Shown: in pieces, positions 8,925 through 17,149 of the stretch
How positions within the stretch are numbered: position 1 is the first letter of the stretch
Layout: every line of letters begins with the position of its first letter
Assembly: GCA_025999335.1 (NCBI GenBank)
Contig: AP024681.1
Span: 78,642-142,641 of the forward strand
Direction of reading: 5' to 3'
DNA from: Candidatus Parcubacteria bacterium
Lineage (GTDB): Bacteria; Patescibacteriota; Minisyncoccia; UBA6257; HR35
Length of the DNA stretch: 64,000 nt
The notes under the pieces: model-generated
Databases searched by the model: none
What the model saw: the letters and a program-made list of their open reading frames with translations, nothing else
Told to the model about the DNA's origin: nothing
Position numbers and translations under genes: made by a program

Positions 8925-10543
8925 TTCATAAATCGCAAAATATATTCTTTAACCGCTTTTGTCTTTTTATAATTATTAAAAATATTATGAGGATCAAAAA
9001 TATTTTTAATTGTCTGGAAAATATTAAAAATTTCGGTGCCAAATTCTTTAGCTAAATAAGGACCTCGAATAATGCCATCATTGTGTTCAGCCGTTAATAT
9101 TCCTTCATATTTTAAAACTAAACTATGAACCTTTTCCATAATTTCAACAATATTTTCTCGTGTTTCTTTTTTTGTAAAATCAACTAAAGGAATAATGTGT
9201 AAATTACCATCGCCTAAATGACCAGAAATAGTATAAATCATTTGATAACTATCTAAAATATTATATAATTGTGGTAAAAATTCAGACAAATATTGAGGCT
9301 GAATAATAAAATCATCAATAAAAGGAGCGGCGCTTAAATGTTTTATTTTTTCTCTTAATAATCGGTAGGTATCCCTTCGTAAACGCCAGTATTTATTTGC
9401 ATCTATTTCAGAAGTTGGAATTCTATATAAAAAATTATATTTTTGATTTATTAACTTCAGTTTATTAATTTTTTCTTGAATTTCGGCTTCATCATCGCCA
9501 GAAAATTCGCATAAGACAATTAATTTAGGAATACCTAATTTTAAAATAATCATCAAATCAGGCAAAAATAATCGGATAGTAGAAAAAACTCCACGCGCGC
9601 CTAATAAACTAGCCATTTCTCTAGCAAAACGCATAAATATTTTAAAAGTATGATCATCGGTAATTTCTAATGATGTTGGGTTTAACGATAAAATATCATT
9701 AGTAAATAACGGCAAATTTTTTAAGTCTTTAATAAAAATAACTGCTAATTTCGAAAAATTATCTTTAGGCACTAATTTAAGTTTAGCTTCAGTTACAATG
9801 CCCAAAGTACCTTGAGCGCCAACAAAAAGTTTTGTTAAATCAAAATATTCATCGTTAAAAGCATCCCAAATATTATAACCACTTGAATTTTTGCTAACTT
9901 TGGGTTTAGATTTTTTAATTAACTCATTATTGTCTTTAAAAAGATTATACAGTTGACGATAAATTTCGCCTTCAAAATTAGATAAATTCATTTTTTGCTT
10001 GACTTCATTTAAACTTAATCTTTCAAAAATATATTCTTCGCCATCTGCTAAAATAACTTTTAATTGTAAAACATATTTATCAGTCTTACCATATTTCAAA
10101 CTTTTTTCACCTCCAGAATTATTATTGATCATACCACCTAAAGCACATAGTTCTTTCGATGCTGGATATGAAGGCAGCATTAAATTATATTTATTAAGCT
10201 CTTTTTCAAAATCACGAAAATAAACACCAGGCTGAACAATAGCGGTGTTATTTTGAGAATCTATGCTAAAATTTGTAAAATATTTTGTTAATACTAAAAG
10301 CAAAGAATCTGTCAACGGACCTCCTGACATATCAGTGCCTGCAGCTCTGCATGTTAAAGTGTAATTATTATCTTTAGCTAAATTAACTAATTTTTTAATA
10401 TCTTCAGAATTTTTAGGAAAAATAACTACCTGGGGTTCAATTTTAAAAATACTTTTATCTTCCGAATATTCTTTTAAGGTTTTTTCTTCAGTAGAAAATT
10501 CTAAACCTAAATCGCTTAATAAATCTTTTATATGCTGACTCAT
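8921..10543 (-). CDS. FAD-linked oxidase (GlcD / D-lactate dehydrogenase-like, FAD-binding type 4)
   Basis: 540 aa; N-terminal FAD-binding PCMH-type region CRAAGTDMSGGPL, C-terminal FAD-oxidase_C-like domain. Confidence 0.6.
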   Translation of the reverse strand: MSQHIKDLLSDLGLEFSTEEKTLKEYSEDKSIFKIEPQVVIFPKNSEDIKKLVNLAKDNNYTLTCRAAGTDMSGGPLTDSLLLVLTKYFTNFSIDSQNNTAIVQPGVYFRDFEKELNKYNLMLPSYPASKELCALGGMINNNSGGEKSLKYGKTDKYVLQLKVILADGEEYIFERLSLNEVKQKMNLSNFEGEIYRQLYNLFKDNNELIKKSKPKVSKNSSGYNIWDAFNDEYFDLTKLFVGAQGTLGIVTEAKLKLVPKDNFSKLAVIFIKDLKNLPLFTNDILSLNPTSLEITDDHTFKIFMRFAREMASLLGARGVFSTIRLFLPDLMIILKLGIPKLIVLCEFSGDDEAEIQEKINKLKLINQKYNFLYRIPTSEIDANKYWRLRRDTYRLLREKIKHLSAAPFIDDFIIQPQYLSEFLPQLYNILDSYQMIYTISGHLGDGNLHIIPLVDFTKKETRENIVEIMEKVHSLVLKYEGILTAEHNDGIIRGPYLAKEFGTEIFNIFQTIKNIFDPHNIFNNYKKTKAVKEYILRFMK

Positions 10544-10681
10544 ATCCTAAAAAATTTAAAATTTTATTTTTAATTATATCAAACAAATAAATAAAAAATA
10601 AATGTTTAATTGAAATAAATTCAAATTATTAGCTAAAGTTATAATAAAGCTATAATAAACTAAATAATAATTTGTTAACTA

Positions 10682-11539
10682 ATGCGAATATCAAGATTAT
10701 TTTTTCAACAAAAAACATTAAAAGTTGCTAAAAAATTATTGGGCAAATATTTAATAAGAAAACATAAAGGAAGACTACTAATTGGCAAAATTGTTGAAAC
10801 TGAAGCTTATATTGGACCAAAAGATAAAGCTTCTCATGCTTATTCGAAAAAAGAACAACCAATGAAAGAAAAAGTGAAAATTATTGAAGAAAATTGGGGA
10901 AAAATTAAGAATTATGTTGAAAATAAGGATATTTTTATTAAAAGAATATTATATGGGAATAAAAAGAATAAGACGCCCGAATATAACACGAATAAGATGC
11001 CCGAGTATAAATCGAATACATTCGATCATCATTCGGGTAATACATTTGGTCATCATTCTGGTAATAAAGTCGATCCTCATTTGCGTAACTTTATAATTTA
11101 TTACAATAAAGTAACTAAAAGAAATTTAGCTGAATATCTACGAGGTGGCCATATCTATATTTATTTAATTTATGGCAATTATTATCAATTAAATATTACT
11201 ACCTACAAAGAAGGTTATCCAGAATGTGTTTTAATTAGATCCCTAGAACCAATTTTAAATTTAAAAAATCCTAAAGGACCAGGAAGACTTTGCGAAGAAC
11301 TAAAACTAGATTCGAGTTTTTGGGGAGAGGATTTGGTAACGAGTGAAAGGATTTGGATAGAGGATGAAAAATTAGATCGCGAGCCGGTTCGCTTTTTAAA
11401 CAAAAATAAATTTAACGCAACACAACATAAATATATTATTACAAGAACAACTCGTATTGGTATTGATTATGCTGAAGAATGTAAATTTTTAAAATGGCGG
11501 TTTTATATCAAAGGAAATAAATGGGTTTCAAGGAAATAG
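10682..11539 (+). CDS. mpg: 3-methyladenine DNA glycosylase (Mpg/AAG family) with about 85-aa low-complexity tandem-repeat insertion
   Basis: 285 aa; GKIVETEAYIGPKDKASHAY, TKRN, HIYIYLIYGNYYQLN, GPGRLCEELKLD match Mpg core blocks; insertion contains TPEYNTNK/MPEYKSNT and TFDHHSGN/TFGHHSGN repeats. Confidence 0.8.
   Translation: MRISRLFFQQKTLKVAKKLLGKYLIRKHKGRLLIGKIVETEAYIGPKDKASHAYSKKEQPMKEKVKIIEENWGKIKNYVENKDIFIKRILYGNKKNKTPEYNTNKMPEYKSNTFDHHSGNTFGHHSGNKVDPHLRNFIIYYNKVTKRNLAEYLRGGHIYIYLIYGNYYQLNITTYKEGYPECVLIRSLEPILNLKNPKGPGRLCEELKLDSSFWGEDLVTSERIWIEDEKLDREPVRFLNKNKFNATQHKYIITRTTRIGIDYAEECKFLKWRFYIKGNKWVSRK
10972..11067 (+). repeat. Two pairs of 24-nt tandem repeats inside mpg coding sequence
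   Basis: ACGCCCGAATATAACACGAATAAG/ATGCCCGAGTATAAATCGAATACA then TTCGATCATCATTCGGGTAATACA/TTTGGTCATCATTCTGGTAATAAA. Confidence 0.8.
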
Positions 11540-11751
11540 ATCATAATATAACAAACAACAAAATCTAACTATCCCAAATTTTCACGATTGTGAAAATTTT
11601 GGTAAGTTTGTTAAATTATAAGTTTATTAAATTAATTGAAAGAATTAAGCCATAAGTTAAAATTAACAATGAAACAAGATTAATCAATGAACACTAAATG
11701 AAAAAATGCTAATAAAAATTTAATAATAAAATGATCAAAGATAAGCAAAAT

Positions 11752-12747
11752 TTAAAATGTTAATAATTTCTTAACAGCATTTTTAACAGCTTCTTTATCC
11801 ATTCCATATTTTTTAATAAGTTCATCAGGCTTGCCCGATTCACCAAAAGTATTTTGAAGACCTAAAAAAATCATTTTTGGTTTATTTTCACTCTTTTGAA
11901 CAATAACTTCAGCGATCGCACTCCCCATTCCTCCATTAATTTGATGATCTTCTAAAGTAACAATTCCTTTAACTTTATTTGCGACTTCTAAAATTTTTTC
12001 TTCATCTAAAGGCTTAATTGTATGAACATTTAAAACATAAACATCTATTCCCTCCTCTTCTAATTCTTTAGCTGCCAATAATGCTTGGTAAACTAAATGT
12101 CCTGTCGCCATTATAGCAATTTCAGCGTTTTCATTTTTGGAAATCCAGAATTTTTCTATTTTCCCAAACCTAAATGGAGTTTCTTCAGTTGTAATTACCG
12201 GAGTTTTATCTCGGACATATCTTAAATAAAAAGGCCCGTATTCTTCAACTGAATACAAAGTTGCTTTTTTAGCTTCCCAGTAATCGCAAGGAGAAATCAC
12301 TCTTACATTTGGCAAACATCTCATAATAGCAATATCTTCAGTTGCTTGATGAGTAGCGCCATCGGGACCAGTGACAATACCGGAATGATGACCAGCAATT
12401 TTTACATTGGCATTATTATATATTATTGTTGTCCTTATTGTTTCCCAATTTTTCCCAGGAGAAAAAGTTGCATAAGAAGAAATAAAAGAAATTTTTCCTG
12501 AAACAGCCAAACCAGCAGCAATACCAGCCATATTTTGTTCAGAGACGCCACATTCAATAAATCTTTCCGGAAATCTTGCTGCAAATTTATGAGCTCGTGT
12601 TGATTCAGCTAAATCAGCTGTTAAAACAACAATATTATGATTTTTTTCGCCAGCTTCAATTAAAGCATCGCCATAACCATCACGAATTGGCTTTTGCTCT
12701 ACTTCTTCAAAAATTTTTGGATTTAATTTTAACTCCAGATTTAACAT
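11752..12747 (-). CDS. Transketolase, C-terminal subunit (pyrimidine-binding + C-terminal domain)
   Basis: 331 aa; FIECGVSEQNMAGIAAGLA block; adjacent to N-terminal subunit gene (split tkt). Confidence 0.85.
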   Translation of the reverse strand: MLNLELKLNPKIFEEVEQKPIRDGYGDALIEAGEKNHNIVVLTADLAESTRAHKFAARFPERFIECGVSEQNMAGIAAGLAVSGKISFISSYATFSPGKNWETIRTTIIYNNANVKIAGHHSGIVTGPDGATHQATEDIAIMRCLPNVRVISPCDYWEAKKATLYSVEEYGPFYLRYVRDKTPVITTEETPFRFGKIEKFWISKNENAEIAIMATGHLVYQALLAAKELEEEGIDVYVLNVHTIKPLDEEKILEVANKVKGIVTLEDHQINGGMGSAIAEVIVQKSENKPKMIFLGLQNTFGESGKPDELIKKYGMDKEAVKNAVKKLLTF

Positions 12748-12749
12748 TT

Positions 12750-13613
12750 TTATTGATGCTCGCTTTCAATTTTACCTCCTAAAGTTCTTAATTCATCTAA
12801 TGCTTTCTTAGCTTCTTCTTTGTCAGGAGGTTTCCCGTGCCATTCAAATTTTTTTTCCATAAAACTAACGCCTTTGCCAGGTATAGTATAAGCAATAATC
12901 ACTGAAGTTCGTTTCCATTCTGAACGAGCTTCATTAATAGCATCGATAAAAGCTCTAATATTATGTCCATCAACTTCCAAAACATGTAAGCCAAAAGATT
13001 CTAATTTTTGTTTTAATGGTTCTAAAGGCATAACATTTTCAGTTATACCATCAATTTGAATATAATTTCTATCAATAATAATAGTTAAATTATCAAGTTG
13101 GTTTTTACCTAAAAACATATAAGCTTCCCAAGTATTGCCTTCTTGATGTTCGCCATCTGAAGTTATGCAATAAATATGATAATCCTTTTTATCAAGCTTA
13201 GCGGCAATTGCCATACCAATTGCTTGAGAAATACCTTCGCCTAAAGGTCCTGAAGTGTTTTCTATGCCTGGAAGAACGGCACGATGGGGATGGCCCTGTA
13301 AACGTGTATTTATTTTCCGCAAAGTTTTTAATTCTTCAATAGAAAAATAACCAGCTAAAGCCATAGTTACATATTGCACAGGACAGATATGACCATTAGA
13401 AAGAACTAATCTATCTCGTTCATCCCAAAATGGATTACGAGGATCAAATTTTAAAATATGAAAATACAAAGCTGAAAAAATATCAGCCATACCTAAAGGA
13501 CCAGCAGAGTGGCCTGACCCAGCTTCAACCAAAGTCTCGATTATTAATCTACGAATTTCATTGGCCTTCTCTTCTAAAAATTTCAATTTGTTTTCATCTA
13601 AGCTGTTAATCAT
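12750..13613 (-). CDS. Transketolase, N-terminal subunit (TPP-binding)
   Basis: 287 aa; GSGHSAGPLGMADIFSALYFH and ITSDGEHQEGNTWEA TPP-binding motifs. Confidence 0.85.
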   Translation of the reverse strand: MINSLDENKLKFLEEKANEIRRLIIETLVEAGSGHSAGPLGMADIFSALYFHILKFDPRNPFWDERDRLVLSNGHICPVQYVTMALAGYFSIEELKTLRKINTRLQGHPHRAVLPGIENTSGPLGEGISQAIGMAIAAKLDKKDYHIYCITSDGEHQEGNTWEAYMFLGKNQLDNLTIIIDRNYIQIDGITENVMPLEPLKQKLESFGLHVLEVDGHNIRAFIDAINEARSEWKRTSVIIAYTIPGKGVSFMEKKFEWHGKPPDKEEAKKALDELRTLGGKIESEHQ

Positions 13614-13663
13614 AAATATTTAATTCTAAAATTTTATTATTTCTTTTATCTCTCAATAAAAAA

Positions 13664-13924
13664 TCAATTTTTGTCTTCTTCAATTTTTTTTATCAATAAT
13701 TCTTTCTTCTTATATTTTTTAACAAATTCTTCCTCATTATAATTATGAGGACTATTAATAACTAACAAATTTTCGTCTTCATAATATTCATAATCATTTA
13801 AAATAAATTCTTCAACAATCTCTTCTTTAATATTACCATCAGCATCAAAATCATAACATATTATCGCTACTTTATCGCCTTTATTAAAAATATTTTTAGT
13901 TGTAAAAACAAAGTATTGCATCAA
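13664..13924 (-). CDS. Hypothetical protein
   Basis: 86-aa acidic ORF, no recognised motif. Confidence 0.3.
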   Translation of the reverse strand: MMQYFVFTTKNIFNKGDKVAIICYDFDADGNIKEEIVEEFILNDYEYYEDENLLVINSPHNYNEEEFVKKYKKKELLIKKIEEDKN

Positions 13925-13936
13925 AACTTAATAAAA

Positions 13937-15124
13937 TTATGTTTGGGAATCGGGTCTATTATCTTTATTAAACGAGACCATTGTTACTGGTACAGAATTC
14001 GGATCAAAATGTTCATAATAACCTAATTCTTTCTTTCCAGAAAAACAAAAAATACTTTTTAAATTATCTATAGCATTAGCAATGGCTAAAGGACCTGCAA
14101 ATTGAGAATAATTATTCTGATGATTACTTATAGCTATGCCAAAATAACGAGTAAAAATAGAATAAGAACCACTACTATTATAGCTATATGGCACAGGAAT
14201 TCCATAAGCAATTATAGATATTCTTTCATTGGTACGAGAATTATAAATATCTAAAGTAATAACCGCTTGAACATATCTCAAAGCTTCATATCTTTGACCT
14301 TGAGTACCGAAACGTTCTCGTGGTATAGACAGTGTTGTACCAGATCCTCCTGATTCGTAACCAGGTATTAAATTAATAGACACATTATCAACTATATAAT
14401 CAGGAAATTCAATAGTACCCTTTGGTGGTACAGTTTGCTGATTTATCTCAGGATTACTTCTTGCATAACCTCTTTCTCTTGTTCGATAATCCATTGAAGA
14501 TATATCACCTACATTTCGCATATTAAAAGCTTCACCTAAAAAATCAGTGATTAAATGTGAAGTGTAATCTCGAATAACATTAAAATTATTCTGATACCAA
14601 CTATAACCCCCTCTTAAATTTCTCACATTATTTCTGTTTATTGTAAAAGTAGCGTTTTCACGATTGAAAAAGTTTCTTATTTTATTAATATCGTTATGCT
14701 CTAAAGTTAATTTTTTAGCTAAAATTGCTAATTCTAAGAGTCTTTCTTCGGGGTCTGAATTATTAGCTGATTCAAGTGTTATAATTCCTCCTAGCAAATC
14801 AATTGATTTTATTCTACCGTCAACGCCCCTTCTAACACCTATCACATCTTTCCAACCGGCTAATTGCACATTTTCACCTTCATTACTTTTATCTATAACC
14901 TCAACTATTTTAGGACCATTATTTAAAAATCTATCTAAGCTTCTAGCATGCACTTCGCCCATTTTACCAGTAAAAAAAACAGCTTGAGAGCTCATAAGAT
15001 AAACTAAAAATCTAGATTTAAAAAATTTTGATAAGTATTTAATCTTCTCTCTTATTTCCTCAGTTATCCTTACTACACCTTCTGGCTCTCTTTCTTTTCT
15101 TTCTCTTATAGGTTGTTCTTCCAT
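13937..15124 (-). CDS. Hypothetical protein (charged helical N-terminus, beta-rich Asn/Ser/Tyr/Gly-rich C-terminal region)
   Basis: 395-aa uninterrupted ORF; no family recognised from sequence. Confidence 0.45.
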   Translation of the reverse strand: MEEQPIRERKEREPEGVVRITEEIREKIKYLSKFFKSRFLVYLMSSQAVFFTGKMGEVHARSLDRFLNNGPKIVEVIDKSNEGENVQLAGWKDVIGVRRGVDGRIKSIDLLGGIITLESANNSDPEERLLELAILAKKLTLEHNDINKIRNFFNRENATFTINRNNVRNLRGGYSWYQNNFNVIRDYTSHLITDFLGEAFNMRNVGDISSMDYRTRERGYARSNPEINQQTVPPKGTIEFPDYIVDNVSINLIPGYESGGSGTTLSIPRERFGTQGQRYEALRYVQAVITLDIYNSRTNERISIIAYGIPVPYSYNSSGSYSIFTRYFGIAISNHQNNYSQFAGPLAIANAIDNLKSIFCFSGKKELGYYEHFDPNSVPVTMVSFNKDNRPDSQT

Positions 15125-15167
15125 TAATTTTATTATAACATTAAAATTAATTTAAAAATAATAATTA

Positions 15168-16169
15168 TTATTTTAAAATATCAAATTTTTTAAAAATAAT
15201 ACGCGGTTTTTTAAAAACAATTTCTAAATTTTCAACACGACTTAACAAAGGACCCTGTTTAACTAATGATAAAAATTTCAACAAAGATTGCTCGCTTCCT
15301 TGCGCAATTATTTCTAAAGATCCGTCATTTAAATTTCTAACATAACCTTTAATATTGAATAAATTAGCTTTTTCTAAAGTAAAAAAACGAAATCCAACGC
15401 CTTGCACCAAACCATAAATCCTAATATAAACTTCAAAAAAATCTTTTTTAAAATCATCAAATGTCAAACCTTCTTCTAAAGTAAATACATAATTATTAGC
15501 CATAATCGTTGTTCTTGTTAATGATTCCAGATAAGCGCCACACTTTAAATCTTTGCCAATATCTGAAGCTAAAGATCTAATATAAGTGCCTGAAGAAACC
15601 TTTAACTCAAGTTTTAAAAAAGCAATATTAAAACTACTATTATTAGAAGGTAAAAATTTATAAAAACTAAAATCTTTGAATAACAAACTATTTGCGTCAT
15701 ATTTTTGAAAATCCAAAATTTTTAAATCATAAATTATAATTTTTTTTGGTTTTAATTGAAAATTAATACCTTTACGTGCTAATTTATAAGCGGGAACACC
15801 TTTAATCTTAACAGCTGAAAAAGCAGGAGGAACTTGTATCATCTCACCTTGATAAGAAGATAATATTTTTTCTATATATAAAAAATCAGGAATTTCTTTA
15901 TGGGTAAATTCTATAATACCATCACGATCATAAGTATCAGAAATGCATCCTAAAATAATTCCAGCTATGTAAATTTTTATGCTATTTTTTAAAAAAATGC
16001 TTAACTGTTTTGTTGCTTTATCTATGCCCAAAATTAAAATACCATCAGCGAAAGGATCTAAGCTACCTCCGTGTCCAATTTTTTTATGTTCTCTATTTTT
16101 TAAAAAATCAACTATTTGACGAGAAGTATAATTTTGAGGTTTGTTAAAAACAACTAAACCTTCCATCAA
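15168..16169 (-). CDS. truB: tRNA pseudouridine(55) synthase TruB fused to C-terminal acylphosphatase domain
   Basis: 333 aa; N-terminal GHGGSLDPFADGILILGIDKATK (TruB catalytic Asp motif); C-terminal IYGLVQGVGFRFF and GYVRNLNDGSLEIIAQG match both acylphosphatase PROSITE signatures. Confidence 0.8.
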   Translation of the reverse strand: MMEGLVVFNKPQNYTSRQIVDFLKNREHKKIGHGGSLDPFADGILILGIDKATKQLSIFLKNSIKIYIAGIILGCISDTYDRDGIIEFTHKEIPDFLYIEKILSSYQGEMIQVPPAFSAVKIKGVPAYKLARKGINFQLKPKKIIIYDLKILDFQKYDANSLLFKDFSFYKFLPSNNSSFNIAFLKLELKVSSGTYIRSLASDIGKDLKCGAYLESLTRTTIMANNYVFTLEEGLTFDDFKKDFFEVYIRIYGLVQGVGFRFFTLEKANLFNIKGYVRNLNDGSLEIIAQGSEQSLLKFLSLVKQGPLLSRVENLEIVFKKPRIIFKKFDILK

Positions 16170-16982
16170 TCATAAAATTTCACTTATATAATTAGAAAAA
16201 TTTTTAAGCAAGTCTGATTTAATTTGAATTAGAAGTTTATCTCTTAAAACAAAAGGAGATTTAATTTTAATTTTAAAATCATAAAAATTATTAGTTAAAA
16301 CAATATTTTTATCAATAAAAACTTCAATCTTTTTATTAATATCATTAAAAGTATCTAAATGTTTTTCTAATAACTGCAAAAATTCATCATTAAAATTTTC
16401 TTTATTAATTCTTATTTTAATTTCGCTAATATTACGATAACGTGAAAAATTATTAATAATATCTATTTTATTAAAAGGAATTTTTAGAAGCGAACCATCA
16501 TCTAAACGTAAAATCAAATATCTAAATGTAAAATCAATTACTTTTCCTTTAAAGGTATTATTAATCACTACAGTTTCGCCTTTACGAAAGTTATCCTCAA
16601 AAATAGAAATCCAACCCATAAATATATCTTTCAAAGTATTCTGAAAAATTATTATCAAAATAGCACCTAAAGCGCCAGCGCCGGTTAAAAGAGCATTTAT
16701 ATTAATCTTAAATTGATTAAAAGCATAAATTGTAAATATTAAAATTAATAAAAAACGAATTATAAGTTTTAAAGCATCAAAAATAGTAATAATCCATTCC
16801 TTATGAGCTTCGTATTTTTTCTTGGTAAACTTAATTGTTGTTTTAAAAATTATTTTTAAAATCAAAATTAATATCAAATAAACAAATATTAGAAAAACAA
16901 TAAACCAACCAATATTAGTTAGTTCTTCGGAATAAATATCAATAAATTTTTTGAAATAGCGCACAGGAAGATTAAAGTTCAT
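16170..16982 (-). CDS. Mechanosensitive ion channel (MscS family)
   Basis: 270 aa; 3 N-terminal TM helices followed by MscS-type beta domain (GETVVINNTFKGKVIDFTFRYLILRLDDGSLLKIPFNKI). Confidence 0.65.
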   Translation of the reverse strand: MNFNLPVRYFKKFIDIYSEELTNIGWFIVFLIFVYLILILILKIIFKTTIKFTKKKYEAHKEWIITIFDALKLIIRFLLILIFTIYAFNQFKININALLTGAGALGAILIIIFQNTLKDIFMGWISIFEDNFRKGETVVINNTFKGKVIDFTFRYLILRLDDGSLLKIPFNKIDIINNFSRYRNISEIKIRINKENFNDEFLQLLEKHLDTFNDINKKIEVFIDKNIVLTNNFYDFKIKIKSPFVLRDKLLIQIKSDLLKNFSNYISEIL

Positions 16983-17149
16983 ATTTATTATTTCGTAATT
17001 ATTTTTTAATTTAATAGCATAAGAAATTAATTTTTTAATTTTTAATTAACACCAAAACACATATAATTTAATCAATAATTAAAATATAGTCTATATAATT
17101 TAATTATATTATGAAAAATTGAAAATATAGATTATTAAAATTTATAGAA

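Noticed and set aside
11586-11612. 10-bp-arm hairpin aaattttcac-gatt-gtgaaaattt between mpg and tkt
   Set aside because: No adjacent T-run on either strand, so it is not confidently a terminator. It is probably an incidental AT-rich palindrome.
9999-12782. Small ORFs 9999-10223, 10884-11096, 11215-11403, 12576-12782
   Set aside because: All lie inside or antisense to the FAD-oxidase, mpg or transketolase genes. 10884-11096 is the alternative-frame reading of the mpg repeat insertion.
14664-14987. 107-aa plus-strand ORF antisense to the 395-aa hypothetical
   Set aside because: Shorter, Ser/Leu-rich, embedded in the longer ORF.
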